Below are positions 56,517-64,000 of a DNA stretch of 64,000 bases, piece after piece (position 1 is the stretch's first letter; the number at the start of each line of letters is the position of its first letter). The notes under the pieces are model-generated. The model was not told the DNA's origin. It saw nothing but the letters and a program-made list of their open reading frames with translations, and did no database searches. Both the position numbers and the translations under genes were made by a program. Origin of the DNA: an uncultured Candidatus Saccharibacteria bacterium (lineage in GTDB: Bacteria; Patescibacteriota; Minisyncoccia; Phycocordibacterales; JAACPR01). Location: NCBI GenBank assembly GCA_964630375.1, contig CAZVRT010000005.1:5798-69797 (forward strand), written 5' to 3'.

Positions 56517-57491
56517 ATGACTAAAAAACTAATAACCGGAGTAAAACCGACTGGGATTGTTCATATAGGAAACTACTTTGGAGCAATAAAACCTTTTATT
56601 GATATTCAAAAAGAATATGATGCATCAATTTTTATTGCCGATCTTCATGCTTTAACTCAAATCCAAGACAAAGAACTTTTGGAGAAATATATTATTGAAA
56701 TGGCAACAGCATACATTGCATCTGGAATTGATTTGAAGAGAACAATTTTGTTTAAGCAAAGTGATGTTCCGGAAATTCCTGAGCTAGCTTGGACGTTTTC
56801 TTGTTTAAATACAATGCCATACATGATGCGAGCTCATTCTTTTAAAGATGCTGAAGCAAAAAACAAAGAAATTAATGTTGGAGTTTTCACATATCCAATT
56901 TTAATGGCTGCTGATATTTTGATTTCAGAAGCAGAAATTGTACCTGTTGGAAAAGATCAAGAACAACATTTAGAAATTGCTCGCGATATCGCTGATAAAT
57001 TCAATAGAACTTTTGGAGAAACATTTAAAATGCCAAAAGCACTTATTCAAAAAGAAGTTGCCACAGTTCCCGGAACAGACGGAAGAAAGATGAGTAAAAG
57101 TTATGGAAATACAATTTCACTTTTTGCCACAGATGAAGAAATTGATAAATTGGTAAGCATAATTCCAACTGACTCAACTCCCGTTGATTCACCAAAAAAC
57201 CCAGATGAAAATAATATTTTTAACATTCACAAATTAATTTTGAATCCTGAACAAGTTGCAGAATTGCGAAAAAAATATGAAACTCCAGGTCTAAGCTACA
57301 AAGAAGCTAAAGATATGTTGAAAACGGACTTAAAAACTTTTATCAAACCTTTCAGAGAAAAAAGAGAATATTATTTAAAAAATCCAAATAAAATTCTAAA
57401 AATATTAAAGAAAGGCGGAAAAATAGCCAGAAAAAACGCTCAGTCAAAAATGAAAGAAGTTCGACAAAAAATCGGCTACGGACTCTATTAA
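56517..57491 (+). CDS. trpS: Tryptophanyl-tRNA synthetase
   Basis: TGVKPTGIVHIGNY (HIGH-like), KMSKS. Confidence 0.92.
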   Translation: MTKKLITGVKPTGIVHIGNYFGAIKPFIDIQKEYDASIFIADLHALTQIQDKELLEKYIIEMATAYIASGIDLKRTILFKQSDVPEIPELAWTFSCLNTMPYMMRAHSFKDAEAKNKEINVGVFTYPILMAADILISEAEIVPVGKDQEQHLEIARDIADKFNRTFGETFKMPKALIQKEVATVPGTDGRKMSKSYGNTISLFATDEEIDKLVSIIPTDSTPVDSPKNPDENNIFNIHKLILNPEQVAELRKKYETPGLSYKEAKDMLKTDLKTFIKPFREKREYYLKNPNKILKILKKGGKIARKNAQSKMKEVRQKIGYGLY

Positions 57492-57572
57492 ATTAGACCA
57501 CAAAAGTTAACTTTGAAAGATTGGTGTGTTTTGTTAAAATTGTACTCATATTATTTTTAAGTTTATTTTTGT

Positions 57573-58187
57573 ATGAAAACAGTTGCGATTATAATAATAG
57601 TGATTTTAATAGCCGTTGCTTTGGTTTTAATTTTTAGCCCAAAACCACCACAAGACACACAACAACTACAAGTTGAAGAAACAAACGATGAAACTCAAGA
57701 AGAAGTAGTTGGAGCAGTAGACGCAGATGGAAGAGTTGAGCTTACAGATTTCAGCTATGTTGGATATGGTCCTGGAAAATCTCATAATGGAGTTTTTGAA
57801 AGATACGAAATTAAAAATGTAAGACTAAATGCAGATGGAGTTCCAGTTGGAGGAGAATTGGTAATTGACACTACTTCTGTAAAAACAGATACAGCAATGT
57901 TGGATGATCACTTGAGAGACAAAGCAGAATTCTTTGATTCAGCAAAATATCCAAATATCACATTCAAATTAGCTAATGTTACAAAAACTGCAGACGGGGT
58001 TTATCAAGTAACAGGAGATTTGACAGTTAAAGATGTTACAAAGAAAGTTGGCTTCACAGTAAACGCTTCTGAAACTGATAAAACATTCTCATCAGAATTC
58101 AGATTAAACATGAATGAATTTGGATTCACAGCGCCAGGAATTGTTGATGAAGAAGTACTAGTACGATTCGTAGGAAAGATAAATTAA
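57573..58187 (+). CDS. YceI-like domain protein, membrane-anchored
   Basis: N-terminal TM, then YceI-like 8-stranded barrel pattern (...YPNITFKLANVTKTADGVYQVTGDLTVKDVTKKVGF...). Confidence 0.6.
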   Translation: MKTVAIIIIVILIAVALVLIFSPKPPQDTQQLQVEETNDETQEEVVGAVDADGRVELTDFSYVGYGPGKSHNGVFERYEIKNVRLNADGVPVGGELVIDTTSVKTDTAMLDDHLRDKAEFFDSAKYPNITFKLANVTKTADGVYQVTGDLTVKDVTKKVGFTVNASETDKTFSSEFRLNMNEFGFTAPGIVDEEVLVRFVGKIN

Positions 58188-58196
58188 TGAAATTTA

Positions 58197-58925
58197 ATGA
58201 GTTTTCAAATTAAAACAGAAGTTTTTGAAGGTCCACTTGAACTACTTTTGTCCTTAATTGAAAAACGAAAACTCTTAATCAACGACATTTCACTTGCACA
58301 AGTTACAGATGATTTCATTCATTTTTTGGAAGAAAACCCAGAAATGCCAATTCATCAATCATCGCAATTTATTGTAATTGCCAGCACATTACTTTTGATC
58401 AAATCAAAATCGTTGCTTCCAACTCTTGAACTAACAGAAGAAGAATCAAGAAATGTAGAAGATTTGGAATTGCGATTGAAAATTTATCAAAAATATAAAG
58501 AAGCGGGAGAAAAAATAGCAGAAATGTTTGGTAAAAATATCGCTTTTGAAAGAAATTTTATTCCGACAAATAATCAAGTTGTATTTGCTCCGTCGAAAAA
58601 CATTTCGATTGATTCAATAAAAGAATCAGCAATAAGAGCTTTACAAAAACTTCCAAAAGTAGAAAAGCTTCCGCAAGCAGTAGTCAGAAAAGTTGTTTCG
58701 CTTGAAGAAACAATTCAAAAACTGACAACTCGAGTTCGCAACAACTTACAAATGAGTTTCAGAGAATTTGCCGGCGTAGGAAAAGAAGAAAAAGTAAACG
58801 TAATTGTTAGTTTTATAGCAATGCTAGAATTGGTAAAACAAGGTATGATTGCAGTAACACAAAATAGTGCATACGAAGATATAAACATAGAAACCAAAGA
58901 AATTTCTACCCCGAGCTATCATTAA
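58197..58925 (+). CDS. scpA: Segregation and condensation protein A
   Basis: MSFQIKTEVFEGPLELLLSLIEKRKLLINDISLAQVTDDF. Confidence 0.88.
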   Translation: MSFQIKTEVFEGPLELLLSLIEKRKLLINDISLAQVTDDFIHFLEENPEMPIHQSSQFIVIASTLLLIKSKSLLPTLELTEEESRNVEDLELRLKIYQKYKEAGEKIAEMFGKNIAFERNFIPTNNQVVFAPSKNISIDSIKESAIRALQKLPKVEKLPQAVVRKVVSLEETIQKLTTRVRNNLQMSFREFAGVGKEEKVNVIVSFIAMLELVKQGMIAVTQNSAYEDINIETKEISTPSYH

Positions 58926-58929
58926 AAAT

Positions 58930-59523
58930 ATGGAATTATCAACATCATCACAAATAGAAAGCATTTTATTTTGGAAAGGCGAACCAATGTCTTTTAAAGA
59001 AATTGCTAAAGTTCTAAATATTAATGAATCGGTTGTAAAAGAAAATGTTGAAATTTTACAAAATGAACTAAAAGAAAGAGGAATTGTGTTGATAAATTCT
59101 GAAGAAAAAATTTCTTTGATGACTCATCCGCAAATGAGTGAAAAAATTTCTGAACTGGTAAAAGAAGAGCTTTCAAAAGATTTATCAAAAGCAACCTTGG
59201 AAACTTTATCAATTATCCTTTACCGAGGTTCTGTTTCTAGAAGTGAGATTGATTATATTCGAGGAGTAAATTCTCAATTTATTTTGCGAGCGCTTTCTGT
59301 TCGAGGGTTGATTGAAAGGGAAGTCGATCCAAAAGACGAAAGAGCATATTTATATAAACCGAGCATAAATTTATTAGCGCATCTTGGAGTTTCAAACCGA
59401 GCAGATTTACCTGATTTTGACAAAATCAACAGCGAAATTCTAGCTTTTATGACTCAAAATGATAAAATTTCCGAACAACAAAATGAGAATGATAAAGAAA
59501 CGAACGATGATTCACGAGATTAA
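58930..59523 (+). CDS. scpB: Segregation and condensation protein B
   Basis: Tandem wHTH; ...IESILFWKGEPMSFKEIAKVL...; acidic tail. Confidence 0.85.
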   Translation: MELSTSSQIESILFWKGEPMSFKEIAKVLNINESVVKENVEILQNELKERGIVLINSEEKISLMTHPQMSEKISELVKEELSKDLSKATLETLSIILYRGSVSRSEIDYIRGVNSQFILRALSVRGLIEREVDPKDERAYLYKPSINLLAHLGVSNRADLPDFDKINSEILAFMTQNDKISEQQNENDKETNDDSRD

Positions 59524-60475
59524 GCGAAAGCAAAAAAAGGAGCTGATGATAATCACAATATGTGTGGTTGTTTTAATATCTTTGCTTTTAATAATTTTCT
59601 TTTGGGCTAAAAACGCTAATGGAGAAGAAAAAACTTCAGCTCCGAAAGAAGAAGTTCAGGTGGAAACAGCAATTGTAAATCCGTTTGAAGATGTAAGACT
59701 CTCAGCTAGATCTGCTATCGTGAAAGAAGTTTCAACAGGAAAAATTTTGTACGAAAAAAATCCAGATGAAATTTTGCCATTAGCATCTCTAACAAAAGTT
59801 GTTACAGCAGTTACCGCTTTAGATATTCTTTCTAACGATGATTTGGTGAGAATCAGCCCAATGGCTTTGCAATATGGTAACGATTCAACTTTTGTTTCAG
59901 GGTCATATTTCAGATTGAAAGATATTTTGAAAGTGGCTTTGGTTTCTTCTTCAAATACAGCAGCAAGGTCAATTGCAATTTCAGCAGGAGAAAAATCTGC
60001 AGACACTCAAACTAACGCTTTGGAATCTTTTGTGAACAAAATGAATGTTGTTGCCTCACGAGTTGGAATGGAAAAAAGCTCATTTAAAAACCCAACTGGA
60101 TTAGATGAAAAAAATGAAACAGAAGCAGGTGCCCTTGGTTCAGCACGAGATATCAGTCGACTTTTTGAGTATACTTTGAAAACTTACCCAGAAATTCTTG
60201 AAGCAACAAGAGATAATACTTTCACAGTTCATTCAAAAGAAGGTTATGAACATAAAGTTGTAAATACAAATAATATTGTTGGTGAATTACCAAACATAAT
60301 TGGCTCAAAGACAGGTTATACTGATATCGCTGGAGGAAATTTAGCAGTAGTTATTGATCCTGCTTTAAATGATCCAGTTGTTATTGTTGTGCTTGGTTCT
60401 TCAAAAGAAGGCAGATTCAAAGATGTTGAAAGACTTTCAAATGCAACATTAGATTATTTCTTATTAAAACAATAA
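59507..60475 (+). CDS. dacA: D-alanyl-D-alanine carboxypeptidase (peptidase S11, PBP5-like)
   Basis: N-terminal TM; SxxK (ASLTK), SxN (SSSN), KTG (KTGYT). Start ambiguous (59459/59483/59507); 59507 chosen. Confidence 0.8.
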   Translation: MIHEIKRKQKKELMIITICVVVLISLLLIIFFWAKNANGEEKTSAPKEEVQVETAIVNPFEDVRLSARSAIVKEVSTGKILYEKNPDEILPLASLTKVVTAVTALDILSNDDLVRISPMALQYGNDSTFVSGSYFRLKDILKVALVSSSNTAARSIAISAGEKSADTQTNALESFVNKMNVVASRVGMEKSSFKNPTGLDEKNETEAGALGSARDISRLFEYTLKTYPEILEATRDNTFTVHSKEGYEHKVVNTNNIVGELPNIIGSKTGYTDIAGGNLAVVIDPALNDPVVIVVLGSSKEGRFKDVERLSNATLDYFLLKQ

Positions 60476-60476
60476 A

Positions 60477-61550
60477 ATGCCGATTGAAATTATAAAAATT
60501 ATTCTTCCAACAACACTTTCATTTTTCGTAGGTATCGCAATCACACCTTACATCACAAATTTTCTTTATAAACACGAAATGTGGAAGAAAAAAGCGAAGG
60601 AAGTTTCAGTCGACGGTGGTGGAACTCCAATTTTTAATCAACTTCACGCTCACAAAGAAGTTGGAACTCCACGAATGGGTGGAACAGTAATTTGGCTTTC
60701 AGCTTTAATAGTTGCGAGTTTGTTTTGGCTTTTGGCACGAGTGCTAGATTTTGGACTTTTTGAAAAAATAGAATTTATCAGTAGAAACCAAACTTGGATT
60801 CCTTTTTGGGCACTTTTCATTGGTGCTTTTGTTGGATTAATAGATGATGTTTTGGAAATAAAAGGTTTAGGCGGAAGATTAGCAGGTGGATTGTCTTTAA
60901 AAATTAGGCTTTCAATAATTGCTCTGATCGGACTTTTTGTAGGTTCTTGGTTTCATTTAAAATTGGAAGTTAGTGCTATAACAATACCGTTTTTAGGTTC
61001 TATTGAGCTTGGATGGTTAATTATCCCTTTGTACATGTTGATTATGATTACGATTTATTCTGGTGGAGTAATTGACGGTTTGGACGGGCTTTCAGGTGGT
61101 GTTTTTACGGCTATTTTTGCCGCGTACGGCATTTATGCATATTCATTAGGTCAATATGACCTAGCGGCTTTCTGCGGGTTATTGATAGGGGGAACTTTGG
61201 CATTTCTGTGGTTTAACATTCCTCCTGCTCGATTTTACATGTCCGAAACTGGATCAATGGCTCTGACAATTGCAGTTTCAATTTTGGCATTTATGACAGA
61301 TGATTTGGCGGATGGAATGGGAATTGGAATCCTACCTATTGTAGCTTTTCTTTTAATCGCAACAGCCGGCTCAAGTTTGCTGCAAGTTTTATCAAAAAAA
61401 CTTCGTGGTGGAAAGAAAATTTTTAAAGTTGCACCAGTACATCATCATTTTGAAGCAATTGGTTGGCCAGCTTATAAAGTGACAATGCGTTATTGGATTT
61501 TAGCAGTTATCTTTGCTGCATTAGGATTGTTAATTGCTTTTATTGGATAG
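60477..61550 (+). CDS. mraY: Phospho-N-acetylmuramoyl-pentapeptide transferase
   Basis: 10 TM; DDxxD-like IDDVLEIKG; VIDGLDGLSGG; HHHFE. Confidence 0.92.
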   Translation: MPIEIIKIILPTTLSFFVGIAITPYITNFLYKHEMWKKKAKEVSVDGGGTPIFNQLHAHKEVGTPRMGGTVIWLSALIVASLFWLLARVLDFGLFEKIEFISRNQTWIPFWALFIGAFVGLIDDVLEIKGLGGRLAGGLSLKIRLSIIALIGLFVGSWFHLKLEVSAITIPFLGSIELGWLIIPLYMLIMITIYSGGVIDGLDGLSGGVFTAIFAAYGIYAYSLGQYDLAAFCGLLIGGTLAFLWFNIPPARFYMSETGSMALTIAVSILAFMTDDLADGMGIGILPIVAFLLIATAGSSLLQVLSKKLRGGKKIFKVAPVHHHFEAIGWPAYKVTMRYWILAVIFAALGLLIAFIG

Positions 61551-61563
61551 GTTTAAGATAAAA

Positions 61564-61584
61564 AGCACCCCTCAAAGAGGGGTG
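61564..61584. terminator. Bidirectional GC-rich hairpin terminator
   Basis: GCACCCCTC-AAA-GAGGGGTGC with A/T runs on both sides; sits between convergent mraY and the 61614 gene. Confidence 0.5.
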
Positions 61585-61613
61585 CTGAAATTTCCACGGC
61601 AACTTCTTCATGT

Positions 61614-62159
61614 TCATGCCACCTCAGACTCAATATTTTTCATATTTTCCGATTTGGCGCGAAGGTGAAACTTCAGACTCTGTTTGGCAATCGCGTGTGT
61701 GATTGCCAACAAAGACATGAGCTGTCTGGAATTCTTGGAGTCCAGCAATACAGTGCCTTTTTTGCGAGAGTAAAAGAAAGCTTTTCCATCTTTTTCCCAC
61801 ACCAAAAAGGCATGATTCTCCGACACAAAAGACGTTGGCGACGAAGAATTGTCACAGACAATGAAAAAAAGTGTATCTCCAGTGTACTTCCAGCCTTTGG
61901 TAAGACTGGGTGCAGGGGACGCAATTTCTTTCGCCACCCCGACATGCCTTGAGAGAGAGTAAGCGCTCTTTGAGACTATGTGGGTGACTTCGTAGAGAAT
62001 GGCAGAGATTTTGGCTTGATGCCGTTTGTACTGCCACTTTCTAGCGGTTTTTTTGACGAATTCAATCATCGTTTCGTTCGTGATTTGGATGAGGTTTCTG
62101 ATTGGGGTGATCAGTGCCACGAAGAGCACTGCCAACAAGCAAACGGTGGTAAGGTTCAT
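61614..62159 (-). CDS. Hypothetical membrane-anchored protein (GC-rich)
   Basis: Track ORF extends to 62210, only 2 bp from divergent truB. Internal ATG 62159 (MNLTTVCLLAVLFV...) is the likelier start. Many shadow ORFs here on both strands. Confidence 0.4.
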   Translation of the reverse strand: MNLTTVCLLAVLFVALITPIRNLIQITNETMIEFVKKTARKWQYKRHQAKISAILYEVTHIVSKSAYSLSRHVGVAKEIASPAPSLTKGWKYTGDTLFFIVCDNSSSPTSFVSENHAFLVWEKDGKAFFYSRKKGTVLLDSKNSRQLMSLLAITHAIAKQSLKFHLRAKSENMKNIESEVA

Positions 62160-62212
62160 AGGTTTCCACGGAATGTTAACATAAGTATTAAAATATGTCA
62201 AAATAGCCAAAT

Positions 62213-62935
62213 ATGTTGATAACTAATAAGAAAATTGGGGAAACTCCACTGGAATTAATCCATAGGATACGTCTAGAAAGGCCAGAATTAGCCCATGAAA
62301 GGCTTTCTTATGCTGGGCGCTTAGATCCAATGGCAGAGGGAGAAATGATGATATTGGTCGGAAATGAGAATAACAAAAGAGAGGATTTTTTAGGTTTGGA
62401 TAAAGAATATGAAGCTGAATTTATTTTTGGTGTTTCTACTGATACGGGAGATGTTTTGGGTTTGATAGAAGATGAGGCGGAAATTTCTGCTCAAATTTCG
62501 ATCGCAGAAATTTCCGCCTCTGTTGAACAATTTAAAGAAATTAAAAAACAAAAATATCCTTGGTTTTCATCAAAAACAGTTTTTGGAATTAAATTATTTG
62601 AACATTTCAAAAAAGGTAATTTGGATATTGAAAGACCAACTCGTGAGATTGAAATAAAATCGGTTGAGATTTTAAATTTCGAAGAAAAACCTGTTGAGGA
62701 AATAAAAAATTATATTTTTGAATCTATAAATAAAGTTAACGGTGATTTTCGACAGAAGGAGATTATTGAAAAATGGCGCGAATTTTTTTCAAAAAATTCG
62801 CGCCAAACAATCCCAACTTTAAAAATTAAAATTCTGGTTTCTTCCGGAACTTACATCCGCGGATTAACCGAAAACTTCAACATTCCCACAACTCTTCTAA
62901 AACTAAATCGCACAAAAATCATTTCGGAGTTATAA
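62213..62935 (+). CDS. truB: tRNA pseudouridine(55) synthase TruB-like
   Basis: Catalytic Asp motif YAGRLDPMAEGEMMILVG; KEYEAEFIFGVSTDTGDVLG. Confidence 0.8.
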   Translation: MLITNKKIGETPLELIHRIRLERPELAHERLSYAGRLDPMAEGEMMILVGNENNKREDFLGLDKEYEAEFIFGVSTDTGDVLGLIEDEAEISAQISIAEISASVEQFKEIKKQKYPWFSSKTVFGIKLFEHFKKGNLDIERPTREIEIKSVEILNFEEKPVEEIKNYIFESINKVNGDFRQKEIIEKWREFFSKNSRQTIPTLKIKILVSSGTYIRGLTENFNIPTTLLKLNRTKIISEL

Positions 62936-62945
62936 TTCCAAATAT

Positions 62946-64000
62946 ATGCTTCGAAAAGAGAAGATTGATTTTCCGTTTCTTATAATTATTTCGCTACTAA
63001 CTATTTTCGGCTTCTTGATTTTTATTTCCGCATCAATGGGAATCAGTGCAAAAAGTGAAGTTAAGTACTATTCAATAATAAGTAATCAACTATTTTTAGG
63101 TTTAATTTCCGGATCAATTTTCGCTTTTCTTTTATCAAAATTTCCAATTCAATTTTTCAGAAAATATTCTTTCTGGGCTTTTGTTTTATCTGTGATTCTT
63201 GTATTCGCAGTTTTTATTCCAGGATTAGGTTTAGAACACGGAGGAGCAACTCGTTGGTTGAATGTTGGTCCATTTTCATTTCAACCAGCCGAAATGTTAA
63301 AAATCTCCTACATTCTTTATCTGGCAACTTGGATTGCAATGGTTGGAAAAAAAGGAGTTCGAACATTAGAACATGGTTTTATACCTTTTTTAATAATTTC
63401 CGGAATCGCAGCTTTAGGTTTATTTTTTCAAAAAGACAATGACACTATGATTGTGATGATAAGCGCGGGTGTATCAATGTTTTTTATTTCAGGTGCAAAA
63501 ATAAAACACTTAGCCACAATCGTTTTAATTGGATTAATTGCGTTAGGTTTGTTAATAATGGTTCGACCATATATCAAAGAAAGAATTTTTTCATTTTTTA
63601 ATCCATCAGACAATTTGCAAACAACCGGATTTCAAAGTCAGCACTCAATAATCGCAATCGGTTCAGGCGGTTTCAACGGACGAGGATTTGGACAAAGCTT
63701 ACAAAAATTTACTTTTCTTCCAGAGCCGGTGGGAGACTCAATATTCGCAGTGGCAGCTGAGGAATTTGGATTTTTAGGTGCAACAACTTTGATAATTTTA
63801 TTCTCGCTTTTTGCTTGGCGTGGTTTGAAAATAGCTGGTAATTTGACCGACAATTTCAGTAGACTAGTTGTAATTGGAATTGTTATACTGATATGCGTAC
63901 AAGCTTTTTGGAACATCGGAACAATGATGAGAATAATTCCAATTTCCGGATTACCTTTGCCATTTGTCAGTCACGGAGGTACAGCTTTATTTTTCACCTT
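62946..64000 (+). CDS. ftsW: SEDS-family peptidoglycan glycosyltransferase FtsW/RodA (3'-partial, runs off window)
   Basis: ATG 62946, open to the window end. Polytopic; ...GGFNGRGFGQSLQKFTFLPEPVGDSIFAV..EEFGFLG...IPISGLPLPFVSHGG. Absent from the ORF track because it has no stop. Confidence 0.85.
   Translation, partial: MLRKEKIDFPFLIIISLLTIFGFLIFISASMGISAKSEVKYYSIISNQLFLGLISGSIFAFLLSKFPIQFFRKYSFWAFVLSVILVFAVFIPGLGLEHGGATRWLNVGPFSFQPAEMLKISYILYLATWIAMVGKKGVRTLEHGFIPFLIISGIAALGLFFQKDNDTMIVMISAGVSMFFISGAKIKHLATIVLIGLIALGLLIMVRPYIKERIFSFFNPSDNLQTTGFQSQHSIIAIGSGGFNGRGFGQSLQKFTFLPEPVGDSIFAVAAEEFGFLGATTLIILFSLFAWRGLKIAGNLTDNFSRLVVIGIVILICVQAFWNIGTMMRIIPISGLPLPFVSHGGTALFFT

Noticed and set aside
61665-62219. 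Cluster of overlapping 61-95-aa ORFs on both strands over the 61614-62210 gene
   Set aside because: They are products of the locally elevated GC. Only the longest minus-strand frame is bracketed by a terminator, and it has a plausible N-terminal membrane anchor.
1-64000. rRNA genes, additional tRNAs, transposases/integrases, CRISPR arrays
   Set aside because: I scanned for T-loop (GGTTCGAATCC-like) signatures, rRNA-like conserved stretches, DDE or tyrosine-recombinase motifs, and regular direct repeats. Only the single tRNA-Ala was found. Absence is by-eye only and should be confirmed with tRNAscan/Infernal.

Overview
This is a gene-dense, low-GC segment of a bacterial chromosome. The gene content looks like a reduced Patescibacteria/CPR-type genome: DnaJ without a zinc finger, short UvrC and AlaRS, and many pseudopilins and large surface proteins. 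That phylogenetic call is an inference from gene content only.

Housekeeping backbone:
- hisS, tgt, uvrB-uvrA-uvrC, ddl, tRNA-Ala(UGC), trhO, mgtE.
- ychF, leuS, mnmA, alaS.
- A ribosomal block: infA-rpsM-rpsK-rpsD-rpoA-rplQ-rplM-rpsI.
- grpE-dnaK-dnaJ-like, trpS, scpA-scpB-dacA-like-mraY, truB, and a partial ftsW/rodA running off the 3' end.

Accessory content that stands out:
1. A ~11.5-kb cell-surface locus (19.9-31.5 kb). It holds two secreted or anchored hypotheticals, a CAP-domain protein, a 1158-aa secreted giant with a C-terminal peptidoglycan-binding domain, a 4-gene pseudopilin operon ending in a 590-aa putative tip protein, and an MltG paralog.
2. A 147-bp nested perfect inverted-repeat element between the giant gene and the pilin operon.
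3. About ten single-gene cassettes with visibly higher G+C, each with its own GC-rich hairpin terminator, wedged between housekeeping genes. Examples are an adenylate-kinase-family gene splitting uvrB/uvrA, and a 1.9-kb four-gene island between ychF and leuS.
4. A stand-alone ATP-cone + PD-(D/E)xK (Mrr-like) nuclease.
5. A sigma-70 region 4 HTH fused to Mrr_N-like winged helices.
6. A second MltG paralog.

No CRISPR array, rRNA or recognisable transposase was seen. Gene starts are often overlapping or ambiguous, and several track ORFs were trimmed to internal ATGs.
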